From positions 416,001 through 480,000 of the forward strand of contig JBIJDH010000003.1 of NCBI GenBank assembly GCA_044344255.1: a stretch of 64,000 nt of DNA, read 5' to 3'. The position numbers and the translations under genes are program-made. The stretch is from Myxococcota bacterium (GTDB lineage: Bacteria > Myxococcota_A > UBA796 > UBA2385). The notes below the pieces were generated by a model that saw only the letters and a program-made list of their open reading frames with translations, was not told the DNA's origin and ran no database searches. Positions 1 to 10,631 of this stretch are shown one piece after another. Within the stretch, counting starts at the first letter, position 1; the number at the start of each line of letters is the position of its first letter.

Positions 1-2715
1 CTCCCCGCCCTCACGAAGGTGGGCGACCGAGCCACGGTGAAGACGGTCGCGCCCTACCGGGGCCGGATGCTCTTCACCGTCGAGACCGACCGTGTCATCG
101 AGCACTCGTGGAAGAAGGTGGACGCTGGCCCCGTCGAGTGGAGCTTCCGACTCGACGAATTCGAGCCCAACGTCTATGTCACCGCCTTCCTCGTCAAGGA
201 CCCTCACCTCGAGTCGATGGAGGCCTACCTCCCGGATCGGGCCTACGGCGTGGCGTCGGTCCCCGTTGAGCCCACGGACTTCACCGCGGCGGTCCGGCTC
301 ACCGTACCCGCCGAGATGAGGCCGTACAGCGGCCTGGACGTCGTCATCGAGGTGGAGCCGGGCGCCGGGCCGACCACCGCCACGGTCGCCGTGGTCGACG
401 AGGGCATCCTGCAGCTCACACGGTTCAAGAGCCCGAACCCGCATGACTCCATCTTCGCGCGTCGCGCCTTGGGGGTGGAGAGCTTCGAGACCATCGGTTG
501 GACGCTGCTCTCCGAGCCCGGTGGCACCAGCGCCCACAGCGGCGGCGACGCCGAAGGGGGCGGTGGACGGGTGCAGATGGTCAAGCCGGTGGCGCTCTTC
601 TCGGGCCCCATCTCCGTCCCCGCGAACGGCAAGGCCACGGTGCACTTTGACATCCCGGGCTACCGCGGGCAGCTCCGCGTGATGGCGGTGGTGGCCGGCA
701 AACAGCGGATGGGCCACGCCGAGGCCACGCTCCTGGTGCGGGACCCCCTCGTGCTACAGACTACGCTGCCGCGCTTCCTCGTCAGCGGCGACATCGCGGA
801 GCTGCCGGTCTTCGTCAGCAACCTGTCGGGCGGTGACCGAGAGGTGACCATCCAGCTCGAGGTCGAGGAGCTCCCCCGTAAGGGTGGCTCCAGCCCGGGC
901 GCCAAACCCTCGCCGGTCGCCTCCATCGTCGGCGGCAGCTCCGGGCGCCTCACCCTCGCCGAGGGACAGGGCGGGACGGTCGCCTTCCGGTTGAAGGCGC
1001 TCCGGGCCCCCGGTGGGCTCAAGCTGCGGGTCACCGCGACGGCGCCGGGGGGCTTCTCTTCCAAGGAGGAGCTCGAGCTCCCGATCGCGCCGGCCGGCAT
1101 GGAGGAGCGGCGCACCTCGCGGGTCGCGCTCACCAGCGCTCACCTCGACCTCGGCGCCGCGCTCCAGGCGGAGTCCTGGGTGCCGGGCTCCGAGCGCAGC
1201 ACCTACTGGATCACGGCCAACCCCTACGCTGATGTGCTGCAGCACCTCGACTTTGTCGTCCACTACCCCTACGGCTGCATCGAGCAGACGTCTTCGGGCA
1301 CGCGGGCCCTGCTCTACGTCTCCCGCGTGGTGGACGCGGTGGACCCCTCCCTCGTCGCCGAGGGGTCGGTCGACGACATGATCCGCAAGGGCGTGGAGCG
1401 CATCCTCTCGATGCAGACGCCGGAGGGCGGCTTCTCCTACTGGCCGGGGGACACCACGTCCTCGCTGTGGGGCACCGCCTACGCCACCGCCACGCTCCTC
1501 GACGCCCAGAAGGCCGGCCACCCCGTCCCCGCGGGCCCCCTGAAGGACGCGGTCGCGTACCTCGAGCGTGAGGTCGGAAATCGAGAGAGCCTCGACGACG
1601 CCCCCACCTTGGCCTTTGGCCACTATGTGGTCGCGCTCGCAGGCAAGCCCCAGGCGGCGCGGGCCCGGTCCCTCCACGACAAGGTGCTGGTGCAGCTCAA
1701 GGCGCCCGATCGCCGCTCCGGCTGGTGGTGGGAGGACGAGATGGCGGGCGCCGCCTACCTCCTCGAAGCCTCGGTCCACCTGTCCGGCGATCGGCGGTAT
1801 GAGGCCGAGCTCCGGAAGCTCGGCACCGGCCTCCTCCGCGTGCGCCGCGCCAACAACTGGGCCTTCTACTCGGACCTCCGCGATCGTTCTTTGCGCCTCG
1901 CGGTGTTCACCGAGCTCTTCGGCGCGGACAAGGGCGGAGAGGCGGCCGCAGCCTCGATCGCCGACTCCCTGCGCGGCCATCCGAGCTCGAGCTACACCAC
2001 GCAGGAGCTGGCGTGGGCCCTGACCGCGCTTGGAAAGCGCCTGTCCGAGGCGGCCTCGGACATCCCGTCCGGCTCCGTCACGCTGGACGGTCGGGCCCTC
2101 ACCCCCTCCGCGACGACGAGCTGGGGGGAGAAGAGCTGGTTGGTTCACCGGGGCTCCGAGGCCGGCAGCCTCGTGCTCGACGTCGACCGGCCCTCGGACA
2201 AGGTCTTCCTGGTGACCTCCACCCAGGGGGTGCGGCCGGACTCCGAGGTGAAGGTGGGCGGCGTGGGGCTGCGCGTCGAGCGGCAGTGGCTCGACGAGAA
2301 GGGCCAGCCACTCGATCTCGCCAAGATCGCGCTCGGTGACCGGGTCCACGTGCGGCTGTCGCTCGAGAACACGACCCCGGACCGGGTCCAGAACGTGGCC
2401 CTGGTCGACCGCATCCCCGCGGGCTGGGAGATCGAGAACGTGAACCTCGGCCGCGGCGCCTTGCCGGAGTGGGTCGACACCGACAGCCTCTGGTCTTCAG
2501 ACGCCTACAACCAGCGGGATGACCGGGTGGAGGTCTTTGGCTCCCTCGAGGGCCGGCAGACCCGCTCGGTGGTCTATGTGGTCCGCGCGGTCACCTCGGG
2601 CACCTTCACCGTCCCGGAGGTCTCGGCCGAGGCGATGTACGATCCAGGTGTCTGGTCTCGGAAGGCAGGAATTACGCTGAACATCGCTGGGCCTTGGGCG
2701 CAGTTCCTGCTCTGA
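1..2715 (+). CDS. Bacterial alpha-2-macroglobulin, C-terminal part (5' end lies outside the window)
   Basis: Thioester motif YPYGCIEQ; AVVDEGIL, PRFLVSGD and RAVTSGTF..P...AEAMY motifs typical of A2M; directly followed by PBP1C. Confidence 0.95.
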   Translation, partial: LPALTKVGDRATVKTVAPYRGRMLFTVETDRVIEHSWKKVDAGPVEWSFRLDEFEPNVYVTAFLVKDPHLESMEAYLPDRAYGVASVPVEPTDFTAAVRLTVPAEMRPYSGLDVVIEVEPGAGPTTATVAVVDEGILQLTRFKSPNPHDSIFARRALGVESFETIGWTLLSEPGGTSAHSGGDAEGGGGRVQMVKPVALFSGPISVPANGKATVHFDIPGYRGQLRVMAVVAGKQRMGHAEATLLVRDPLVLQTTLPRFLVSGDIAELPVFVSNLSGGDREVTIQLEVEELPRKGGSSPGAKPSPVASIVGGSSGRLTLAEGQGGTVAFRLKALRAPGGLKLRVTATAPGGFSSKEELELPIAPAGMEERRTSRVALTSAHLDLGAALQAESWVPGSERSTYWITANPYADVLQHLDFVVHYPYGCIEQTSSGTRALLYVSRVVDAVDPSLVAEGSVDDMIRKGVERILSMQTPEGGFSYWPGDTTSSLWGTAYATATLLDAQKAGHPVPAGPLKDAVAYLEREVGNRESLDDAPTLAFGHYVVALAGKPQAARARSLHDKVLVQLKAPDRRSGWWWEDEMAGAAYLLEASVHLSGDRRYEAELRKLGTGLLRVRRANNWAFYSDLRDRSLRLAVFTELFGADKGGEAAAASIADSLRGHPSSSYTTQELAWALTALGKRLSEAASDIPSGSVTLDGRALTPSATTSWGEKSWLVHRGSEAGSLVLDVDRPSDKVFLVTSTQGVRPDSEVKVGGVGLRVERQWLDEKGQPLDLAKIALGDRVHVRLSLENTTPDRVQNVALVDRIPAGWEIENVNLGRGALPEWVDTDSLWSSDAYNQRDDRVEVFGSLEGRQTRSVVYVVRAVTSGTFTVPEVSAEAMYDPGVWSRKAGITLNIAGPWAQFLL

Positions 2716-5045
2716 GGTGGATCGTGCTGCGCGCTCCTCGGCGGCGCCTGGGTCGCGCCGGCGGGCTCGGGTTCCTCCTCTTGTTCGGCCTGTGGTCGCT
2801 GCTCCGGTGGTGGCCGCTGCCGGAGCGCCTGGACCTCGGCGGTTCGACGACCGTCCTGTTCGGAGACGGCTCTGTAGCGCACGTCTTCCTGTCCCCGGAC
2901 GAGAAGTGGCGGGTGCCCGTGCGGGTCGAGGACGTCGATCCCGCCTACATAGACGCGCTGCTCAGCGTCGAGGACGCGCGCTTCCGCTGGCATCCGGGCG
3001 TCGACCCGATCGCGCTCGGCCGCGCGGCGCTGCAGAACCTCGTCGCGGGGCGAGTGGTCTCGGGGGCCTCCACCCTCTCGATGCAGCTCGCCCGCCTCTG
3101 CCACCCGCGGCCGCGTCGGCTGGCCTCGAAGGTGCTGGAGGCGGGGAGGGCGCTTCAGCTCGAGGTGCGCCTCTCCAAGGATGAGCTCCTCGGCGCATAC
3201 CTCACCCACGTGCCCTACGGTCGAAACCTGGAGGGGGTCGAAGCGGCGTCGCTCGCCTACTTCGGGCACTCCGCCGACGCGCTCCAGCCTGCAGAGATCG
3301 CCACCCTCATCGCCGTCCCCCAAGACCCGAACCACCGTTTTCCCTCGCCGGCCAACGCCGAGCGGCTGCGGCTTGCGCGGGACGAGGTCGCCACGCGCCT
3401 CGTCGCGGCGGGGATCTTCGAAGACAGACCGGCGCTCCTCGAGGAGATCCTGGCCACCCCCGTGCCGACCGCGCTCCGCCCCCAGCCCCGCCAGGCGGTG
3501 CACGCCGCCCGCTGGATGCGGGGCCGCTCCGGCGGCTGGACCATCGAGACCACGCTCGATCGGGGCGTTCAGTCCCTCGTCGAGCGCATCCTCGCCGAGC
3601 AACGCGGGAGGGCCCAGCGCCAAGGCATCGAGAACGCGGGCATCGTCGTCGCCGACTGGAGGACCGGGGAGCTCCGTGCCCTGGTGGGGGGCTTCGACTT
3701 CTGGGCGGACCGTGACGGCGCCCAGATCCCCTCCTTCATCGTGCCCCGTTCGCCCGGGTCCACCTTGAAGCCCCTGCTCTACGCGCGGGCCATCGAGCGG
3801 GGCCTCGTGTTGCCCGAGACCCTGGTCTCCGACGTGCCGATGGCCTGGGGCAACTACCGCCCCGTCAACTTCGATGGCCAGTGGAGCGGGCTCGTCCGCC
3901 TCGAAGAGGCGCTCTCCCGCTCGCTGAACATGCCCTTCGTGCGCCTGCTGGCCGCCATGGGCGTCGAGCGCTTCATCAGTGACCTCGACACCCTCGGCGT
4001 GCGCAGCCTGCGACGCGATCCCGGGCGGTACGGCCTGTCGCTCGTGGTGGGCGGGGTCGAGCTCAGCCCCTTGGAGCTCGCGGGGATCTACACGGCCATC
4101 GCCGACGGCGGGCGGAGCCGCCCCTTGCACTGGCGACCCGACGCCTCTCCCCCTCCCGCGGTCCAGGCCCTGGCCCCCGGGGCGGCCTGGCTCAGTCGTC
4201 GCGCCCTCCGCCTCCGCGATCGGCCGGACTTCCCCTCGCGGCAGAGCCTCGCGGCGATGCCCAGGAACATCCACTGGAAGACGGGGACGAGCTTCGGCTT
4301 CCGCGACGCTTGGGCCGTGGGCTCGGGAGGGCGGTACACCGTAGTCGTCTGGCTCGGCAACCTCAACAACCGAGGCACGGTGCACCTCGTCGGCGCGGAG
4401 GCGGCGGCGCCGCTCCTCTTCGACATCCTCGAGGGGCTCGACGATGGTCTGAAGGGGGAGGCCGATCCGATGCCCGACGATCTCGGCCTCGTCGAGGTCT
4501 GCGCGCTCTCGGGCCGTGTCCCGACCGAGGCCTGCCGCGAGCGGAGGCGGGCGCCGGCCCTGCGCTCCCGGGTGCCGACGGCGACCTGCCCGTACCATCG
4601 AGAGATCGAGGTCGATCGGGCCACCGGCCTCCGTGTGGGCCCGGGCTGCCGCGACGGTCGCGTGGTGGAGCGGCGGGTCGTGGTCGAGCTCCCCGCCGAG
4701 GTGCGGCGCTGGCTGCGGGCGCCCTGGTCCGCCGAGGGGCCACCGCCCTGGGCCCCCGGATGCGGGGGAGGGGAGGGGAGCGGCCCCAAGATCAGCTCCC
4801 CGGCGCCGGGAGCGGTGGCGTTGCTCATCCCGGGCCTGTCACCTACCGAGCAGGAGGTGCCGATGGAGGCGGACAGCGGCGCGTCCAGCGCGGCCCTGAG
4901 CTGGTTCGTGGACGGCGCCTTCCTCGGCACGGCGGCCTCTGCGGAGCGGGTCTGGTGGGCCCCGAGCGTGGGAGTTCACGAGATCGTCGTCATGGACGAG
5001 GCGGGCCGAAGTGACCACCGGAGCCTGGTGGTCCGGGCCCCTTGA
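2694..5045 (+). CDS. pbpC: Penicillin-binding protein 1C (true start probably ~2712-2724)
   Basis: Transglycosylase motifs EDARF.WHPGVD and GASTLSMQLAR; transpeptidase SxxK (STLK), SLN, KTG; canonical A2M-pbpC pairing. Confidence 0.93.
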   Translation: MGAVPALRWIVLRAPRRRLGRAGGLGFLLLFGLWSLLRWWPLPERLDLGGSTTVLFGDGSVAHVFLSPDEKWRVPVRVEDVDPAYIDALLSVEDARFRWHPGVDPIALGRAALQNLVAGRVVSGASTLSMQLARLCHPRPRRLASKVLEAGRALQLEVRLSKDELLGAYLTHVPYGRNLEGVEAASLAYFGHSADALQPAEIATLIAVPQDPNHRFPSPANAERLRLARDEVATRLVAAGIFEDRPALLEEILATPVPTALRPQPRQAVHAARWMRGRSGGWTIETTLDRGVQSLVERILAEQRGRAQRQGIENAGIVVADWRTGELRALVGGFDFWADRDGAQIPSFIVPRSPGSTLKPLLYARAIERGLVLPETLVSDVPMAWGNYRPVNFDGQWSGLVRLEEALSRSLNMPFVRLLAAMGVERFISDLDTLGVRSLRRDPGRYGLSLVVGGVELSPLELAGIYTAIADGGRSRPLHWRPDASPPPAVQALAPGAAWLSRRALRLRDRPDFPSRQSLAAMPRNIHWKTGTSFGFRDAWAVGSGGRYTVVVWLGNLNNRGTVHLVGAEAAAPLLFDILEGLDDGLKGEADPMPDDLGLVEVCALSGRVPTEACRERRRAPALRSRVPTATCPYHREIEVDRATGLRVGPGCRDGRVVERRVVVELPAEVRRWLRAPWSAEGPPPWAPGCGGGEGSGPKISSPAPGAVALLIPGLSPTEQEVPMEADSGASSAALSWFVDGAFLGTAASAERVWWAPSVGVHEIVVMDEAGRSDHRSLVVRAP

Positions 5046-5154
5046 TCGCGGCAGCCGGCATCCGCGACGAGGGGGCTCCGATGAGCGGGGCGAGGGATCG
5101 GGGCGGCGCAGCTCGGGGTTCACGTTTGCATCGTGATAAGGTGGTTTCGAACCT

Positions 5155-6786
5155 ATGAGCGAGAAGCTGCCAGGCGACCGCTTCCCGGACAGGCCCTTCG
5201 ATCGGCCCGGCGATGCGCATTCCCCGGCCCGAGGGGTCGCGGGCAACCTTGACCTCGCGGGCGAGGTGATCGCGGGCCGCTACCGGGTGGATCGCCTCAT
5301 CGCTCGCGGAGGGATGGGGGCGGTCTACCTCGCCCGCCACCTCGGCCTGCAGCGCATGGTGGCCCTCAAGATCCTGCACCCTGGCCCCGAGGTGGAGGAG
5401 GGCGGGGCCTTCGAGGAGCGGTTTCGCCTCGAGGCCGAGACGCTGGCCTCCCTCAACCACCCCCACATCGTCACCCTCTACGACTACGGGCAGACCGACG
5501 ACGGGCGCTACTTCCTCGCCCTTGAGTACATCGACGGGCCTCGGTTCACCGACGCGCTGCGGTCTGGGCCGATGGAGCCCCTCCGGGCGAGCCGCCTGAT
5601 CATCCAGGTCTGTCGGGCGCTGCGGTACGCACACAAGCGCGGGGTGGTTCACCGCGACCTAAAGCCCTCCAACCTGTTGATCGCCCAAGACGACGACGGG
5701 CAGGAGCACGTCAAGGTCGTGGACTTCGGCCTCGTCAAGGTGCTGGAGGACGATCAGAGCCTCACCCGCGCCGGTCTGATCCTGGGCTCGCCGCATTGTA
5801 TGGCGCCCGAGCAGATCCGCGGCCTCGACATCGATCACCGCGCAGACATCTACGCCATCGGCATCCTGCTCTTCCGCTCCCTCACCGGTCGCTGGCCTTT
5901 CCATGGGGACAGCAGCACAGCGACCATGATCTCGCACATCAACAACCTCACCCCTACCTTCGCCAGCGCGGCGCCTCAGCTTCGTTTCCCGACCGGCTTG
6001 GAGGCGGTGACCCGGCGATGTCTCGAGAAGGACCCCTGGGATCGGTTCCCCGACGTCAATCAGCTGATCGCTGAGCTTCAGGCCTGCTTCGACGAGCTCG
6101 GCGCCGAGACCTCTGTGAGCACCGCCGAGCCCTCCAGCATCGGTGGCGGCCGTGAGGCCTCGGGGTCCGCGGTGGACAACGAGCCCACCGCGCGCCTACC
6201 AGCGCCCGTGATCAGCCCGCCCGTCGGGGCGGAGCCCCCCAAAGTAGCGCCCGACGCGATGGGCGCCGACACGCTCCCGCCCACCCCCGCCAATGTGGTC
6301 GCAAACACACCGTTGGCCGCCCGCACGGAGCGATCCGACAACCCCTGGCGGATCGTCGCGATCCTCTCCTTGGTCGTCCTGTTGTTGTTCTTCGCGGTCA
6401 TGGGACTCTGGGTGGCCAGCGGGCTCCTGCACGGTGGCGGAGCGGACGCTCCGGAGGCCGGGCCGACCACCCGCGCGGACCCCCCGCCGCTCACACCGCC
6501 CCTGCCCACCCCGGAGACGGCCGGAGCGGCCACCGCCGATCCCGACGGCTCCGACGGCTCGGACGCGACCGAAGCCGCCCCGGTGAGCGCCGCAGGGTCG
6601 GGGGCCACCTCGGCGCCGCCCCCCGTTGACGAAACGGGGCCGAAGGCTGAGAAGAAGCCGCAGAACAAGGTCGAGAAGAAGGCGGAGAAGAAGGCCGAGA
6701 AGCCCACGGTCCCGGCGAAGGCGCCCGAGGAGAAGTCGGAGGGCGCACCGGCGGGCTACATGGGTGTCCCGGATTATGGCGGATAG
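5155..6786 (+). CDS. Hanks-type Ser/Thr protein kinase with one TM helix and a Pro/Ala/Lys-rich C-terminal tail
   Basis: GGMGAVY, VALK, HRDLKPSN, DFG and APE motifs; hydrophobic segment WRIVAILSLVVLLLFFAVMGLW. Confidence 0.95.
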   Translation: MSEKLPGDRFPDRPFDRPGDAHSPARGVAGNLDLAGEVIAGRYRVDRLIARGGMGAVYLARHLGLQRMVALKILHPGPEVEEGGAFEERFRLEAETLASLNHPHIVTLYDYGQTDDGRYFLALEYIDGPRFTDALRSGPMEPLRASRLIIQVCRALRYAHKRGVVHRDLKPSNLLIAQDDDGQEHVKVVDFGLVKVLEDDQSLTRAGLILGSPHCMAPEQIRGLDIDHRADIYAIGILLFRSLTGRWPFHGDSSTATMISHINNLTPTFASAAPQLRFPTGLEAVTRRCLEKDPWDRFPDVNQLIAELQACFDELGAETSVSTAEPSSIGGGREASGSAVDNEPTARLPAPVISPPVGAEPPKVAPDAMGADTLPPTPANVVANTPLAARTERSDNPWRIVAILSLVVLLLFFAVMGLWVASGLLHGGGADAPEAGPTTRADPPPLTPPLPTPETAGAATADPDGSDGSDATEAAPVSAAGSGATSAPPPVDETGPKAEKKPQNKVEKKAEKKAEKPTVPAKAPEEKSEGAPAGYMGVPDYGG

Positions 6787-6827
6787 TCGTGGTGGGCCAA
6801 CGTAGCCACGAAGCACAGGAGTGGGTG

Positions 6828-9389
6828 ATGAGCCGCCGTCGGTGGGGCCCGGGATGGGTGGGGCCGTTGGTCTTCTTCTGCTTGCTCGGCTTCAGCCGCT
6901 CGGCGTGGGCTGACCCCAAGGACGACGCCAAGCGCCACTTCGTGGCGGGCCTGCAAGCCGCCGCGGCGAAGGATTTTCCGTTGGCCTTGGAAGAATTCCT
7001 GGCCGCGCAAGACACCTACCCGCACCCCGCGAGCCTCTACAACATCGCTCGCGCCTACACAGACCTCGGCGAGCTCGACAAGGCCCTCGCGTATTACCGA
7101 CTCTTTCGAGACGCGGCCCCCGACAAGGCCGCGGACATCGACCCCGTCATCGCGGTGATGGAGGCGCGCATCCGGCAGCAGCAGGCCCCGCCGCCCGCGG
7201 TGGAGGCGACCGCGGCCCCGAGCGCTCGGGCCGCCGGCGCGGCCTCGGCCGAAGAGGTCGAGCGCCTGCGCTCCATCGCCGCCGAGTTGGAGCGGCTGAG
7301 CGTCGCGATCGCCGAGCGCGCCGCGGCCCCCGAAGCCCCCGTGGTCGACGGGAGCGGCCCCGCTTTGGTGCCGGAGGCTGGGCCCGCACATCCGGCCCCC
7401 GTGGACGTCGCTCCGATCCCCGCGGGTGACTTCGTCTCCGACGCCTACGAGCGCATCGTCGTCACCGCCTCCCGCTACGGCCAGGATCCCCTCGACTCCC
7501 CGTCCACGGTCTCGGTCCTGACGGCCGACGATATCCGTCAAAGCGGCGCGACCAACATCCCCGATCTCCTCCGGCAGGTGGTCGGTGTCGAGGTGATGGA
7601 GCTGGGCGCCGGGAAGCCGGACGTGTCGATCCGTGGCTTCAACCGAGAGCTCTCCAACAAGATCCTGGTGCTCGTCGACGGTCGGTCGATCAACCTCGAC
7701 GCGCTCGGCACGCCGATCTGGGTCACTCTGCCGATCTCGATGGAGGAGATCGAGCGGATCGAGGTGATCCGGGGTCCGGGCTCGGCCATCTATGGCGCAA
7801 ACGCCGTGACCGGCGTGATCAACCTCATCACCAAGGTGCCCGGCGAGGGGAAGAACACGGTGAAGGTGGAGGGGGGCGCCCCCGGATACAGCCAGGGCAA
7901 CGCGATGGTGACCGGGCGAGAGGGGCGGACGGCCTGGCGCTTCGGCGGCGGCTTCCAGAAGACGGGCCGCTGGTCCACCTCGGGGACCCCGGAGACGAAC
8001 TCCGCTGTCTACTCTCCGCTGATGGACGATCAGAGCGTCGCTCTCGACGTCGTACGCGCCGACGGCCGCATCGACCGCTCCTTCGGAGAGCAGGGGCTGC
8101 TCTCGGTCTCCGGCGGCTACTCCGAGGGCCTCTCGGAGGTCTACGTCATCGGCGCCCTCGGCGAGTACAGCTTCCCCTTCTCCCACGCCTTCGCCCGGGG
8201 AGACATCGCCTGGGGCCCGCTCCACCTGCGCAGCTTCTACGACACGGAGAACGCCGAGACGGGCGCCTGGGTCGGCAAGCAGGGAGGGACCGACACCAAC
8301 GTAGACATCGACAGCGACGTCTTCGACACCGAGCTCGAGTGGCACGGGAACTTCAAGACCGGTCGAGTCGAGCACCGCCTGAGCGCGGGCCTCGGGTACC
8401 GCTTCAAGTCCCTGTCCTGGGGCTACCTCGAGGGGGCGGGCGAGCCGATCACCGAGAATCACAGCTCTGTCTTTGTTCAAGAGGAGGCCCGCATCGGCCG
8501 CCTCGCCGCGGTGGGCAGCTTGCGCGTAGACAACCACCCGCTCGTGGCCCTGAAGGACACCATCTCGCCGCGCGCCTCCGCGATCGTGCGTGTGGCCGAT
8601 CGCACCAGCGTGCGCGCGACGGTCGGCACGGCCTTCCGCGCCCCCACCTTCCTCGAGAGTTACCTCGACCTCGCGCAGCTCTCCCCGGCCACCGGCATCT
8701 TCGTGTTGACCAAGGGCAACAAGGAGCTGCTCCCCGAGCGGGTCTTCACCGCCGAGGCGGGCGTTCACGACGAGAGCACCGCCTGGCACCGCGCCGACGT
8801 CGCGGTGTACCTAAATCGGGTCACCGATCTGATCTTCGTCTCGGCGCTCGAGCCGGAGTTGAACTTCTACGATCCCGACCGCAACGGCTTCTCCGCCGGC
8901 ACCACCACCTTCGAGAACCTGCCGCCCGTCTACACGGCCTACGGGCTTGAGGCCGACAGCCGCTTCTTCCCGGTGGACGGCCTCGACCTCTACCTGAACG
9001 CGAACCTCGAGCAGATCCGGGAAGACGATGCCGGCTCCGTCGTCGATGTCGGGGATGCCTCGACCTTGAAGGTGAACGGGGGCGTGCTCTACCGCTCCCC
9101 TTGGCGCCTCGATGGTTCGGTAAACCTGAACTACCTCTCGGCCCAGACCTGGCGCCTCCGCGAGTACGACGACCAGGGGCAGCTCCAGGTCACGGAGAAT
9201 GAGATCCCCGCGCGCCTCATCCCCTCTGCGCGCATCGCCCTCCGCCCCTTCTCGGACGACCGCGTCGAGCTCGCCGCCACCGCCTGGAACATCCCCGCCC
9301 TCGTGTCGGATGAGGCCCGCTTCCGAGAGCACCCGAAGGGTCAGCTCGTCGGTGGTCGCCTCTTCGGCTCCCTCCAGTACCGGTTCTGA
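6828..9389 (+). CDS. TonB-dependent receptor with N-terminal TPR-like domain
   Basis: Signal peptide; TPR-like LYNIARAYTDLGELDKALAYY; plug motifs VVTASR, LVLVDGR, IERIEVIRGPGSAIYGANAVTGVINLIT; C-terminal beta-signal LQYRF. Confidence 0.93.
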   Translation: MSRRRWGPGWVGPLVFFCLLGFSRSAWADPKDDAKRHFVAGLQAAAAKDFPLALEEFLAAQDTYPHPASLYNIARAYTDLGELDKALAYYRLFRDAAPDKAADIDPVIAVMEARIRQQQAPPPAVEATAAPSARAAGAASAEEVERLRSIAAELERLSVAIAERAAAPEAPVVDGSGPALVPEAGPAHPAPVDVAPIPAGDFVSDAYERIVVTASRYGQDPLDSPSTVSVLTADDIRQSGATNIPDLLRQVVGVEVMELGAGKPDVSIRGFNRELSNKILVLVDGRSINLDALGTPIWVTLPISMEEIERIEVIRGPGSAIYGANAVTGVINLITKVPGEGKNTVKVEGGAPGYSQGNAMVTGREGRTAWRFGGGFQKTGRWSTSGTPETNSAVYSPLMDDQSVALDVVRADGRIDRSFGEQGLLSVSGGYSEGLSEVYVIGALGEYSFPFSHAFARGDIAWGPLHLRSFYDTENAETGAWVGKQGGTDTNVDIDSDVFDTELEWHGNFKTGRVEHRLSAGLGYRFKSLSWGYLEGAGEPITENHSSVFVQEEARIGRLAAVGSLRVDNHPLVALKDTISPRASAIVRVADRTSVRATVGTAFRAPTFLESYLDLAQLSPATGIFVLTKGNKELLPERVFTAEAGVHDESTAWHRADVAVYLNRVTDLIFVSALEPELNFYDPDRNGFSAGTTTFENLPPVYTAYGLEADSRFFPVDGLDLYLNANLEQIREDDAGSVVDVGDASTLKVNGGVLYRSPWRLDGSVNLNYLSAQTWRLREYDDQGQLQVTENEIPARLIPSARIALRPFSDDRVELAATAWNIPALVSDEARFREHPKGQLVGGRLFGSLQYRF

Positions 9390-9392
9390 GCC

Positions 9393-10550
9393 ATGAACAG
9401 ACTCTCCCTTCCCCGCACCCTGGCGCTCCTCTGTCTCCCGCTGGGGGGCGGCTGTTCGTACTCCGTGCTCATCGACACCGCGGCCGAGCCCATCCTGAAC
9501 AGCGTCAAGGGGGAGGTCACCTTCGCGGGCGCGGTCGAGCCCGGCCCCGTGATGGTGCTGGTCTTCTCCGCTGACGATCCGCCGCCGCCGATGGGGACGG
9601 GCAAGCCCGTGACCTTCGCCACTGTCCCCGCCGAGTCCTTCACGGATGGGGCGCAGGGCCTGCGCTCGGCCCCCTTCGGAGTCTACGGCATCCCCGACGG
9701 CGACTGGCTCTTCGGCGCGCTGATGGACATGGACGGTGACTTCCAGCCCCTGCTCTCCAGCAACGCCGGCACCACCTGCGGCGACTGGTCCGGGGGTTAC
9801 CCGGCCGACCTCGCCGGCACCTCCGGCCTCATCTCGCTGTCCGGCGGGGAGCTCGTCGATCAAGTGCCGCTGCTCGTCACGCGAGAGGTCAGCACGGAGC
9901 GCCCCGCCTTCCGCTTCGTCGAGGGGGGTGACGTGGTGAAGCGGGAGTACGAGGCCACGACCGACCTCGTCTTCCAGCTCGAGTCCACGGGCGTCGCCTC
10001 GCCCCTCGTCACGCTCGAGGGCCCCTACGATCCGGCTACCGCCGACACCTGCGACACCATGTTCCTCGTCGAGCAGGTGGACGAGGACGGTGACGGCGTC
10101 GCCGATCCCCACTGGGTCGAAGACCTCGCCGTGAACGGACTCAAGAAGACCTGGCCGCGCGTCTATGTTCAGTACCTGGGCGACGGCGCGGTGAAGCTCG
10201 CAGAAGGGGAGAGATACGCCGCTGAGGCTGGGATCTACCCGCTCGGCCCGGATGTGCCCGAGGCGGCCGACGCCGAGATGAACGGCTCCCCGATCCTCCT
10301 CCTCCCGGTGAACACACCCACTCCGTATACACGCCTCGACGTCGCCTTCCTGCCGGGCGCCCGTCATTATCTCCCGGACGGTACCTTGGAGGTCGTGCTC
10401 GGCGCCGACGTCCCCGCGGGCTCCTGGTCGGTCACCGTGGTGGCGAAGTCGGGCCAGACCTGGACCCTGCCGAACGAGACGGCCGGCTACCCCTCGCTCG
10501 ACGCCGCCTTCGATCCGGCCGGACAGGCGGGGGTCGTCGTCGCCGAGTGA
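9393..10550 (+). CDS. Hypothetical lipoprotein, co-oriented with the TonB receptor
   Basis: N-terminal hydrophobic stretch ending in GGGC; acidic DxDxD motifs; 3 bp gap after the receptor. Confidence 0.7.
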   Translation: MNRLSLPRTLALLCLPLGGGCSYSVLIDTAAEPILNSVKGEVTFAGAVEPGPVMVLVFSADDPPPPMGTGKPVTFATVPAESFTDGAQGLRSAPFGVYGIPDGDWLFGALMDMDGDFQPLLSSNAGTTCGDWSGGYPADLAGTSGLISLSGGELVDQVPLLVTREVSTERPAFRFVEGGDVVKREYEATTDLVFQLESTGVASPLVTLEGPYDPATADTCDTMFLVEQVDEDGDGVADPHWVEDLAVNGLKKTWPRVYVQYLGDGAVKLAEGERYAAEAGIYPLGPDVPEAADAEMNGSPILLLPVNTPTPYTRLDVAFLPGARHYLPDGTLEVVLGADVPAGSWSVTVVAKSGQTWTLPNETAGYPSLDAAFDPAGQAGVVVAE

Positions 10551-10631
10551 GCCTGTCGCGGCGAGCGGGGCTGTCGAGACGAGCGGGGCGCAGGGGTAGG
10601 AGACACGAAGGGAGAGGTTAGGGGGAGGCCC

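Noticed and set aside
1..5045. A2M-PBP1C pair as a novel system
   Set aside because: Well-known conserved gene pair
10551..10631. Cobalamin or SAM riboswitch upstream of metH
   Set aside because: Only 81 bp, purine-rich, with no B12-box or recognisable aptamer
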